Shown here piece by piece: positions 12,733-25,523 of a DNA stretch of 64,000 bases (its first letter is position 1; each line of letters opens with the position of its first letter). This DNA is from the human T2T-CHM13v2.0 reference genome, Homo sapiens. The stretch is taken from the NCBI RefSeq assembly GCF_009914755.1, contig NC_060930.1; one strand, given 5' to 3'. The notes beneath the pieces were generated by a model. That model did not search any database. It was not told the DNA's origin and was given only the letters and a program-made list of their open reading frames with translations. The translations under genes and the position numbers were made by a program.

Positions 12733-13146
12733 AGTATTAGTCCACTCTCACATTGCTATCAAGAAATACCTGATACTGGGTAATTTATAGAGAAAAAAGG
12801 TTTAATTGACTCACGGTTCTGCAAGCTGTCCAGGAAGCATAGCGGCTTCTGACTCTGGGGTGGCCTCAGGAAGCTTCCAATCATGGAAGAAGGCAAAGTA
12901 GGGGCAGGTATCTCACATGGCAGTAGCAGGAGGAAGAGAGCGAGGGGGAGGTGCCACACACTCTTTAACTACCAGATCTGACAGATAACTCATTGTTCCA
13001 AGGGCAGGACAAAGGGGATGCTGCTAAACCATTCATGAGAAATCTGCCCGCGTGATCCAATCACCTCCCACCAGGCTCCACCTCCAACACCGGATATTAC
13101 AATTCAACACAAAATTTGGGCAGGAACACAGATCCAAACTATATCA
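12733..13146 (-). mobile_element. MST (MSTA-like) ERVL-MaLR solo LTR
   Basis: Minus strand starts TGATATAGTTTGGATCTGTG and ends GGACTAATACT (consensus ...TACA). Perfect 5-bp TSD GGGTG at 12728-12732 and 13147-13151. Confidence 0.92.
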
Positions 13147-13733
13147 GGGTGGAGCCCTACATCTAATGTTTCTTGCCCTTGCTCTTGGTAGCTAGTGTCT
13201 CATTGGACTCTAGTGTCTGCTTGTTCTATTGGATCAGGAGCTCCTTGAGGGGAGGAGCCATATTAAATTCATCTCTGTACCCCTAGTGTTTAGCAGTGTT
13301 TTATTGAGTTAGTAAATAAATCCATCTCTATTCTTTATCAAAACTCTGAGCTGTGATGAAAAAGTCACTGTCTCCACCTGTGCTTTGGATCTGTCAGTAG
13401 GGCCTTTGCTTCTACAGTAACATCATCCTACACAGAGTAAACACCTACTGAGTGCTGATTATGCCTGCTGTGGTTACTACAATCTCTTAAGTTTGCCTTT
13501 AAGCTTTGTATGTAAAATTTTTAATTGCTTTGCTATTTTAATCTGATCACATTCCCCTGGTTCCTCCCTTTTAACTTTAAGCATATGCAATGTGCCCGTT
13601 TGCACAACAGTCTGAAGTTTTATTTCTATGATTCCTCCTTTTCTGCACAAATGTTCATGTTTCTCATACTTCCTATTACTTCTGAACATTTTCCTAATGA
13701 CAGAAGTCATAGAAGCACTCCTTAAAAGTTGAT

Positions 13734-14037
13734 TTTTTGTTTGTTTGTTTGTTTGTTTGTTTTGAGACATTCTGCCACCCAGGTTGGAGTGCAGTGGCAT
13801 GATCATGGCTCACTGCAGCCTCGACCTCCTGGGCTCAGGTGATCCTCCCACCGAAGCCTCCTGAGTAGCCGGGACTACAGGCACCTGCCACCACACCCAG
13901 CTATTTTTTGTATTTTTTGTAGAGATGAGGTTTCACTATGTTGCCAAGGCTGGTCTAGAGCTTCTGGGCTCAAGCAATCTGCCCACCTCAGCCTCCCAAA
14001 ATGTTAGAATTATAAGCAAGAGCCACTGTACCCAGCC
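13734..14037 (-). mobile_element. AluJ with (TTTG)n tail
   Basis: Full diverged Alu dimer. Confidence 0.92.
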
Positions 14038-15189
14038 GAGAGCTGATTTTATATTAATATCTACAGCTCTGGTTAGACACAGTCTCAGGGAATTTGTGGC
14101 CAGTCTGTAGTGTTGTCTCCTTACTTAAAAAATACTCCTTCCTTGACCTCACTTCAGTGTCTAATTATAATTTCATTTTCTACATCTATCCATGAAAAAA
14201 ATGTATAGAGTGGGGGGAAATCTACCTTTCCACCTCCATTTCCTCATCATCCACTTCCACCTGAACTTGCTGCCACCTGACTTCAGCTTCACCACCTGTG
14301 AACACATCACTTTCTCTAAAGCCTCCCACGCTTTCCTTCTGACCTTGAGCCAGTGGGCTGTTTTCATACTTCTCTTTCATAGTTACTTAGTTGCGTTAAC
14401 ATTGTCAAAAAGTAAAACAAAACTCCCAAGCCTAAAGCCTCCCCTGCTTTGAGACAGTCTCCCCATCCTGACACCTGTGACCCTGAGTTCATCTGCATTA
14501 TTCCAACCCATCTGGTGAATGAGTTAATGCTGATTTTTGATCATCCAACATGGTGTCAGCCTCCTTCAGCCTTCCAAGGTGAGCCTATGAATTTCCTCCC
14601 TTCTAAGTCCACATACGTTTGTTTCCTCCCACTCTGCATCTTTACCCCATTCATGGCACTCTTAACTCCACATAGCCCCTTAGTTTTCTAAACCCATTTA
14701 AAACCTTACACCATCAAGGAGAAGCATAGCTTCTTAAACTTTCCCTACTGTAATGGCTTCTCAGGGTTTGTGTGAACAGTGGGGGTTTTTAATTTTTTGG
14801 TATAATACTAATTTATCAACACATGTATACTTCTTGGTGAATATGCTTAAGGTTATTTTTTTCATGAGTGTATATTGCTCCCCGAGATCCTTTCTTGCAT
14901 TTGGGTTTTTTCCAAAATGCTTAATATGGTCCTCCATATGCAGAGGACACTAGCTAAATATTGGTTAAAGTGGGTAACAATTAAAAATGTAATACTCCTG
15001 CCAGCTGAGTAAATACTTAACTTGCTTAATATGACCGTGACAATTTGTCCAGACACTGCCATTTCCTGCTTTCAGGGCACTGTTGTCTGTTGCTAACTTA
15101 TTGCTCCTCTGGGTCTCCTTTTCCTACCTGGTTCAGATGTAGAATGTGGGGCTTACAAAGTTAGAGGAGGACATTTTCTTATGGGTTTT

Positions 15190-16064
15190 GTTACCTATAC
15201 CAGTAAGTTAGAAGGAAAAACTCACTAAGGAAAAACCAAACCTAACCATTTTTTACACAGCCAACACAGAGCATTTCACCTCTAGTCTCCAAAATATATA
15301 GGGATTTCTCCCCACCAGCAACCAATAAATTCCCTAGCAGATATCAGCTATGTGTACTATAATTTAATTCAATTCTGACACTATCTATCTGGAGATAGCA
15401 TCAGATCCCACAGAATAAGGGTTCTACCCCACAGGACTGCCCCCACTTCAGAGGCCGATCACGAGTTACAGGTTGTCACCTCTGCTTCTGCTGATCAGCT
15501 ATAAGTCAAGATTCCCACTACTGTCTCCTTGGGTTCAATTAATTTGCTAGGATGACTTACACAACTCAGAGGAACACCTATTTTTGTTTACTGGTTTATT
15601 ATAAAGGATACTAAACAAGATACAGATGAACAGCCAGGAGGAAGAGATGCATAGGCAAGGCATGTGGGAAGGGGCATGGAGCTTCCATGCCCTCTCTGCA
15701 TGTGCCACCCTCCAGGACTTTCCACACGTTCAGCTATCCAGAAGCTCCTGAACCTGGTCATTTTGAGTTTTTATGAAGGCTTCATCATGTAGGCATGATT
15801 GATTAAGTCATGAGCCATTGGTCAGCCCCTGTTTCTTCCCTGGAGGTGAAGGTTGATTGGTGGGACTTTAAGTCCCAACCGTCTAATCATGCCTTGGTCT
15901 TTCTGGTGACCAGCCCCCATACGGAAGCTACTTAGGGGTCCCTAGGCATCAGTAATCTCCACAGCATATCAAAGACACTCATCACTTTGGAGATTCCCAA
16001 GGGTTTTAGAAGCTGTATGTCAAGAAACAGGAGCAAGCCCAAATACATATTTCATAATATCATA
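15190..16064 (-). mobile_element. MER21-type LTR
   Basis: AATTCAATTCTGACACTATCTA.CTGGAGATAGCATCAGATCCCACAG...GGACTGCCCCCACTTCAG...GAGCTTCCATGCCCTCTC. Confidence 0.8.
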
Positions 16065-18266
16065 ACCATGTGACAACTTATCATAAAGACCAGGTACTCA
16101 CTTACCAGACTGAATGCCTGTAAGAGTTGATGAAGTTTACTTGAGCGGAGAAGGAACTGATGGAAGCCTCTCGTGCCAGACAGGTTGAAGTTCAGGTTTG
16201 CCATACTCTAGTAGTATGATTTTGGCAAAGTTACTTAACTTCTCTGTGCCTCAGTTTCTTGTGCCAATGAAAGGAGATTGAGAAAGTGAATGGGGCAAAA
16301 TACTAACATTTGATGAATCTGGGTAAAGGGTATACAGGCTTCTATCTACTATTTTTGTAACTTTTCTATAAATTTGAAATTATTTTCAAAATAAAAAGTA
16401 AAAAAAATACTCTTGTGACTTGGAGACTCAATTTTTCCATTTGCAAGATAGTTGAGTTTTCACATATAGTCTTAAAGAATGATGCTAACATTTTCCGAGT
16501 GGCAAACTGGGACATTTTGTCTGAGGAATCTCTTTAAATTTTTTAAAGATAAAAGTCTTTCAAAGATTATAAGTTAAAGCACATTAATAAACAGACTTTT
16601 TAAAGAAGACTAAAATATATGACAAGAAATAAAAATGTAATAAACTACCTTTATTGGTTAATAAAAGACTTGAATTTTAAAGTCAGCAGTATATTGATCC
16701 ACTAGTATTGTTTGAAGAACTCAGTTTGCTCAATAACGAATTTTTTTCCCCAAATTTCATTGCAAATCTTCATTGAAATTGAATTATCATTGTTGACACC
16801 TCCAATTCATCCAAAGTTCTTAACCTAACAATATTGCTTCTCAATGTGCCCAGAAGTGAAAAGACAAAATCATGTGTTTTTATTAGGTATGAAATATTCA
16901 CATTCACAGAATAAAAATCTGTAAGTAAATTTTATCATCTCTAATACAAGGAGATTTTATCATCTCCTTTTGTGTGTTACACTCAGCTAGTAAGTTCTCT
17001 TTAAAATACAGTTTTGTGATACAAAGTTAATTTTAAAACCATATTACCAAATAGCAGAGAATGTCAAAAACATGATAAGTTGGCTTTCAGTTTAAAATGG
17101 AAATGTACTCCATTGCAACTTTTCCTAATTTTATACAGAGTCATGAAGACACTGAAAAGTGATGAATCCACATAACCATGACACTGGAAATGAAGTTTGA
17201 GTGGCAGTCAGAATCTGGGAGGAAGCATTGCTAAGTGAAAATCTTATGGAGCTTGACTAAAAATCCCTGTCAGGAACCGTCAAAAGCTGTGTCCCTGACA
17301 TGAAAAATCTTGCTGGAAGTTGAGAGAGGTTTATGCCTACTCCGTGATCCGGGAACACAAGACCTTTACCAACCAAAAAAGTGGATAGCTGTTCTTCTGC
17401 TGTGAAGGTTAATAAAGGTAAACATTATAATGGCCAGGGCTGGGGTTGAGGGAGAAAGAAGGAAGAAGGAAAGAAAGAAAGAGACAAAGGTAATAATATT
17501 AGTAAAGGTAAATAATGTTAGTGTCTCTCAAAACAAAAATAATTTGACAGAAAAAAGAATCATTTTATATTGATAAAAGATGTAATCCATAAAATAGATG
17601 TAAAATTCATGAGCTTCTATAGTATTACAATCTTTAAATGGAAAATTGACAGAAATATAATTGTTATAAAAGACATTAAAATATTTTTCTCAAGATTTGG
17701 GAAAGACTAAAAAGTAAAACAAGATTGAATGAGTAGGCAGATCTTGAATTTTGTATTTTAAAAGTGGAGAATATACCTTTTCATGCAACCATGGATCATT
17801 TGCAGTAGCTGATCATACCACTGGGACACAGAGAAAATTTTACTAAGTAATAAAAATGAGAACATGTAGAAGCCACATTCATATGATCAAAACTAACATA
17901 CACTAAGAAAAGTTTAAACAAAGTCTTCAATCCATGAGTTATCTAACAATTTCTAAAATGAAGTCAGAGTATTTGTTTTTGAAACTTTAAAGTTTATATG
18001 TAATCTATAAGACAATATTCATAACAACACTTTATAACAACAAAATGGTGGAAATAACCCAAATGTTTGTTGGTAGAACATACCTATCAATGGAGAACTG
18101 TGCAACTATAAATGAGGAGTCTCCAAATATGTTTCTATTTTTATATACTCTGCAGAATGCATTGTTATATGAAAAAAGCAAAAATGGAGGTAAATATACA
18201 ATGTGCTACCATTTATCCAAAACAGGTAACAAGAATATGAATATACATATATTAAAAATCACAACA

Positions 18267-18623
<357 letters not shown>

Positions 18624-19326
18624 TTACCTATATGGGAACGGAGTAGAGAAAACATGGATTAAAAACAAAACTTCCTGATTATACCTTGTTTTGTAAGTTT
18701 GACTTTGGAATGGTGCAAAGATTTTACATAATTATCAAATCAAATTAACAAAAAATTTCTAAAAACTGAAAGGAAAATAAAAATTACTGTATTGAACTAG
18801 TTGCTTAACTACACAGAGAGGAACTATATTAAGTAACTTTAAAAAAACAACAGAGATTTAACATACAAACCTAGTGGGATATACCCTAAGAATAAAAAAA
18901 AATGCAAATACACTTTATGCCACTTTCAATTATCATGCTGTTTATAATAATACTGGCACTGCTATTCTGAAACTATGGTATATATTACAGGATATGGCAA
19001 ATAAGTACTTATATTGTTAAGAACTAAGTTGTAAGTATGAGAAAAAAATATAAAAGCGAAGAAGCGCAAACCCTATAATCCTAAACTTGAATTGAAAACA
19101 TCAGTATGAGCTCATGATATGTTTTCTCTTAACAAAACAAAATAACAACTTATTTCCTAACTCTGCCTGCTAAAAAGGCCTAGAAACAGTGACCAGCTCA
19201 GCAGCAATGAGTTCCCATAACACCCAGACTGTAGTTTCTAATACAATTTTTCACTAAAAGGAATCCATATTCTTGGAAAGTCAGCTAATTTGAAGACTGG
19301 GGAGCAAAAAATTCAAGAAGGCCTTT

Positions 19327-19711
19327 ATCTTGGTTCTTTTGTGCTGTTATAACAAAGTACCTGAGACTGGGCAATTTATAAAAATCACAACTTTATTTCT
19401 CACAATTCTGGAGGCTAAAAGTTCAAGAATAAGGCACCAGCAAGTTCAGTGTCTAGAAAGGACCCAGCGTTTGCTTCGAAGATGGCGCCTTTCTGCTGCA
19501 TTCTCTGAAGAGGATGGATGCTGTGTCCTCACATTGCAGAAGTCAGAAGGGGAAAAAGGGCCTAAGCTAGTTCCCTGTAGCCTTTTTGCAAGGTACTAAT
19601 CCATGTCTCGTGGCTGAATCACTTCCCCAAAAGTCTTAACTCCCAACATCACCACAATAGAGATTAAATTTCAACACATGAATTTTGTGAGAACACATTG
19701 AAACCACAGCA
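19327..19711 (-). mobile_element. MSTC/MSTD-type MaLR LTR
   Basis: GTGCTGTTATAACAAAGTACCTGAGACTGGG...TTTCAACACATGAATTTT...AAACCACAGCA; degenerate TSD GCCTT/GTCTT. Confidence 0.82.
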
Positions 19712-20401
19712 GTCTTGGAACACATTGTCACACCACAAAGCAAGAACATTTCATTGACCACTAAAGTCGTGTCAGAAAGGACTCAGAATCCAATTTGAAT
19801 ATCTGGCCAAACTTCAGTGGCCAAAAAAGAGACAATTTGAATCAGGGATTGAGACATGGCAGCTTTGTTTAAATCCATGCATTCATAAAAGAACTCTTGG
19901 TCACCTATAGAGGGTTCTGGGAAATGAGCTCATTATTTTGAGAACTGGCAAATACAAGGAAAGGATCAAATGTGAATCCTACCTTTCCTGTACTAACTGT
20001 ACCACAGAGTAACCAAATAGTTGACAAAGGAAGTTTCTCTATTATGAAGTATTCTTGCTAATACATGATTAAGGAATGAGAATTCGAGTATTTGCACATT
20101 CGAATGAAATAGTGGATTTAGGCTAAATGTCTAACATCACACTAAGAGAAACAACTGGGCGCCTGCTAACAAAAGTCCTGTCACTATCACCAATGGTGTC
20201 TTCTTGCAAAAAATTCCAATTATAAGTGATCAAATTACCTATTAGGGAGTGAGGGCACAGGTAATGCAGAAGACAGCAAACATATGAACAATAGACACCA
20301 CATGGATGCAATTAGCAAAATCCACAATTCTGGAAATTCTGCAGGGCAAACTGACCTAGTTTCTTCACCATATACATGGCAAGGAGGGACTAGGGGGAGG
20401 A

Positions 20402-20863
20402 AGTGGCAGATGCTCTTGGTGCCCACCCATATCCTCTGTGCCCTTCACTGTGCTCAGCCTTGCTCCCAACTGTCAGTAGCTGCCTTTTGGTGCCTAAGAG
20501 CTTTTTTTTTTTTTTCTCCTGAACCGCAGAACGCCAGAAGTGCCAAGCAATTAACAACCCCAGAAGCAACCCTTAACCAATGATTAAATAAAGTGGATGA
20601 TTACATTCCCAAGCTCCTTCAACTCCCAGGGACATAATTCTGAGGTGGGTGTATGTTTATCCCTTTTTCAAGAACTTCCCCGAAGGATTAAGCTTCAGTC
20701 ACCCACTGGTAAATTGCTTAACAGCTCAACCTCTATGGGTTTGGGTTGCTTTTTCTTGTATCACATGCTGTCTCCTTTATGGTGTACACTGCACTTTCCA
20801 AATTGACTACCTATACTTGAATCCTGTCTTAGATGTATTTCTGGAGGAACTCAAACTAAGGCA
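20402..20863 (+). mobile_element. LTR16-family ERVL LTR
   Basis: GGCAGATGCTCTTGGTGCCCACCCATATCC...GGAACTCAAACTAAGGCA. Confidence 0.7.
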
Positions 20864-21982
20864 GATGGGGAACTATAGATTAAATGAAACTTAAGAGATG
20901 TCAACCAACTGCAAAGTGTGGAGCTGAGCAAAAAACAAAACAAAACAAAACAAACAAAAAAACTGTTCAAAAAGTTTATGAGACAATCAGGGATATTTAA
21001 ATACCGACTGAATATTTTATAACATTTAGAAATTATTGGGGTTTTTAGGTGGCATAATACTGATAGGCTTATCTCTAAACCCATGATCAAATATTGGATA
21101 TTTATAGATGAAATGTTAGGATGTCTGGGATTTGCTTTCAAATTAATATGGAGTGGAGTTGTGATTGGTGATGAGTTGACAATTATTAAAACTGGGCACT
21201 AGTATGTGAGACTTTATGATACCATTCTGTCCACTTTTGTAGATGTTGGAAATTTTCCCTAATTAGATACAAAAATGAAAAAAGCTGAAAGCTCTATGGG
21301 GATTGTTAATAACTATGTTCTTAGTGCTTAACAGTGTTCAGTACATAGTCAACAAAGAAGCACTCAAAACACTATTCATTGAACAACTGTTTTGTCTTAT
21401 GTTGGGGATACCAAGGCAAATATTGTTGACATTGACATTTTTAGCTGACATACTGGAAATCTTACCAAGAGTTTTATACAGACTAGAGGAAAAAAATCAT
21501 TTTATCAATTAGTACAATGTCGGGTTCAAAAAATGTTATACTAGGTCTACTTCTAACTAAAGTATTTTTCAGCTTGTGATTCATCACCGTCTGTGTCTTG
21601 AAGGTATATTTGAGTTAACATATATTTTATTAGAATGTGCTGTTTTTTGCCAAAATGCTGGAATTTCTGGGATACTTTGATGATTCAGTGGGACAGAATA
21701 TGACACTGAATATTTGAAAGCAGGACTTGGTTAGAAAATCTAAGATTGTGAGTGCCGAATTTACCTAGTAGATATGTGTTTCTGAAATTTACAAGGTAAC
21801 TGCTTTTGTTGGGACCAAAACCACACAGCCAATAAAACTAAAACTGTACTGGGAAAATCACTTAAATAAAAGAATAGTATATTAAGTTGGAGGGTAGGGT
21901 ATATTTGAAGTCTTAGAGGCATGTAAACAGGAACTTGCAAGAAATTCCAGCAGAAATTTTCCACTTTAAAAAATATAGATAA

Positions 21983-22150
21983 AGCTGGGCACAGTAGGGC
22001 ATGTCTGTAGTCCCAGCTACTTGGGAGGCTATGGCAGGAGGATCACTTGAGGCCAGGAGTTCAAGGCTGTAATACGCCTAGATTGTACCTGTGAATAGCC
22101 ACTGCACTCCAGCCTGGGCAACATAGCAAGATTCCATCTCTAAAAAAATA
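21983..22150 (+). mobile_element. Alu monomer (FRAM/FAM-like)
   Basis: GCTGGGCACAGTAG...GAATAGCCACTGCACTCCAGCCTGGGC. Confidence 0.85.
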
Positions 22151-25100
22151 TAAATTTGATATAGATGTATCTATATATCTGTCTCTAAAAAATTCTGTCA
22201 CTTCCATGAGTTCACATTATTGCTGAGATTTATTTTCTTGCAAGATTTTCTAATAACATGATAGTCCTTGTTTTCAAGCTGTCAGGTAGTAAAACAGTAA
22301 TTTAATTTGGCAATAACATATGACATTCTAAGAAGACGCATTAGAAGGTTTTTAAGAAGTGTACTGAAATATTTTTGGAATGTCCTTCAAACAGGCAAAG
22401 TTTAAACTGGAAAGAGCAAAAAGTTAAATATTATATATTTATAAAAAGTCAAACTATTTTTTCCTTACCTGGTTAAAAAGGTGTTACCAAGGTCGCAAAA
22501 TAGCTTTGTATATTAAAAAATTTTTTTATTGGATTAATTCCTAGTTGTAGTTTAGCTACTTATTTTTGTTTTTCATTTATCTTTTTCACCTCTATGTAGC
22601 TTATGTTATTAAGTTATGTTATTAAGTTTTTAAATAAAACCTAGGAGGCTTCTTAATTCTTTATGGAAAATTCTGTGAGAATAACTAGCTAAATTTTAAA
22701 ACTACAACCAAATAAGATTGACATAATAATATGCATATACATTGCTCTTCTCACATTAACAATAATAGATTTGTATCTTCTAAGATATCTCTGAGAATAA
22801 AATTTCCAGCCATATCATCAGCTAAATTAACTCAAATTTACTATCTGGATTTGGCTGTTTCGCTTGTAGGTTAAAAGTTAAAAGGTTTGCTATTTCTTGG
22901 AATCAAAGGTTATTTAATGAAAGAAGATTAATTTCAATAAATGATGCATTTAAAGTTTTTTCCAACAAAGAGTGTAAGAGATTTATCACAGGTTCTAAAT
23001 AACAAATTTAATTTCCCTAACATGTTAAGGAGAATTTTGGTTCCCGCAGAGGACTGAGTGGACTAATCATTTATAATAAGACTGACTTTAAACTTCCTTT
23101 TAACTTGACAGTAGTTAATTCTAACTTTATTAAATTAGAATCCCCATTAATTCACCCATTTTTCTTTCACCAATTTTGTTTTACAATTAAGGTTTATCTG
23201 CAGAGTTCTGTTTTGACCATTATGCTGAAAGTGCTGAGTTCTGCTGTTTGCCTTCCTTCAGCCTTTCTGGCTGAATGGCTTCCTGAATCTTCTCAGAGGT
23301 TTCCCTCTGAGCCCATGATGGGGTTCTAAAAGCACATTCTGTTCATGTACTGGGATAGTGGGATGTGAGGGCAGAGAAGTTCTTCCTGAGCATGAGTCCT
23401 TCATCCTCTACCCACTGTTTTATAAACCTGTCTCAAATTCCATGCACTTTTGGACCCAGTTACTTGAACTCTCAGGAGCAGGTACTTTGTCACCTCCAGA
23501 GGGAAGGCCAGCATCCTCCTAGCGGGTACTGCTGTGTGCTTGCCCCTGAGCCAGGAGCTTTGCATTTGCTCTCTCATTTGATCCCCTCAACAACCCTACT
23601 AGTGAGGAAATATCTATTTCATACATGAGGAAATTGAGGCCCAGAGAAGGCACTGGCTGCTTAGCTGTGTGCTGTCACCCTGTTGAAACCAACGCCTCCT
23701 GCCTACACTGCCACTGCCTGTATAAACTGGTGCCACCCACGGTTATATGGCAGAAAGCAGTGCTTCGAGAAAATGGACCAGCAACCGCCATGTGTTGAAC
23801 AGGCTATGGGCAGGAGGAAATAAAGCAGTTATAGCACCTGGGGGTGGAAGTCAAGGCAGTAACCAAAATAAAGTGGGAGCACGGAAAAAAGCTGGGGAAA
23901 TAAAAAGGTTCAAATTTCACATTTCCTCATGAAGTCCAGATCAAGTTGGAGCTTGTTTAATAGCAGAAATTAGGCAGCCAGACCTGTCTGTAGGGCAAAG
24001 AAATTTTTGTTGAAAAGCCCAGCAAGTATTTACTCCGCTGTAACAGAGTCTTTTTCTAACTCCAGGATCTTTTCTTTGTGTGCTCTGTAGAATGAAGTGT
24101 GCTTGTTTTGGTGGGGATACATTTACACAGTTCTCCATGTTTTGTTTCATCTTTCCTCTCCGTGTTGTTGCTCTCTTTTTCCTTTGCTCTATCCAAAGAT
24201 ATCAGCCAAAGAAGCCAAGAAAAATGTTATCTTTACTTTAGAATTAGGGATTTCAGATATGGGTAGATGGCTCTGTTAGGCAGAAGTGTCAGAGCTGGTT
24301 ATAGGAAAACCAGGCGGCACATACATGATCCCAGACACCGAAGTAACCTCTGTCTCACTCCTCCACTTCCAGCAAGGTATTGTGCTCTGAGGGGCTGATG
24401 AGAGAAGGTAGATTATGGGTCTGCCAAGGCTTTTTACTGGTCTCTGTTTATCTTTTTCTGAGTGCCAATTCAGCATGATCTAGACCAGGATCATTTGTTT
24501 GCAGGGATGGAAAACAAACTGAAACTGGCTCAAGTGAATGCTCACTGGAAGGCTTACTGGAAAACTTACTGGAAGGATGTGAGGACATGTTCGGGAATCT
24601 ATTTGCAGAAAACATATTCAGGTATACTGGGAGCTCTCCCTCTCTCACATTGTCTCCCTCACTGAAACCAGGATTGCTGTCTATTTCCTTGGGGCTGTTG
24701 CTGTCATGCTGTCTTACTAACTGTAGTGTTGTGTTAGCTACACGACTGCTCAAGTTTATTTTTTTGAAAAATTGTGTTCCATTTAGCCAGGATGATGCAA
24801 GTTGTTTCAAGAAAGGCTATAAAATGCTTGCAATAAAAGTCATGTTCATTCACATTCATTAGGAAAAAATGAAATAAATCTATGCTGCATAACTTTTTTC
24901 ATGCCAAGTGCGGGAGTGGAGGTTGTCAAATCAAGACTGGATCATCAAGTACATAATGATAGGGTGCCAAAATTCCAAGGAGGTTGGGAGTCACTGTTGT
25001 TGAGGGTGGTCAAAGAATTTGTTTCCCCACAAGGCATGTGGCTTTGGGCCAGCACACCTCATAATTCGTTCTCTTCTATTTCCCACATCCGTCTTATAAT

Positions 25101-25226
25101 GTCTCAATTTAACCAGGGGAATATGGAGCGTGAACTCTTTCTATTTACCCTTTTAACATCCAGGTAGATATTTCTGAGATACATGGCAATGTATCAGGGT
25201 TGAGTTTGCTGCTCTGGTTCTTATCC

Positions 25227-25523
<297 letters not shown>

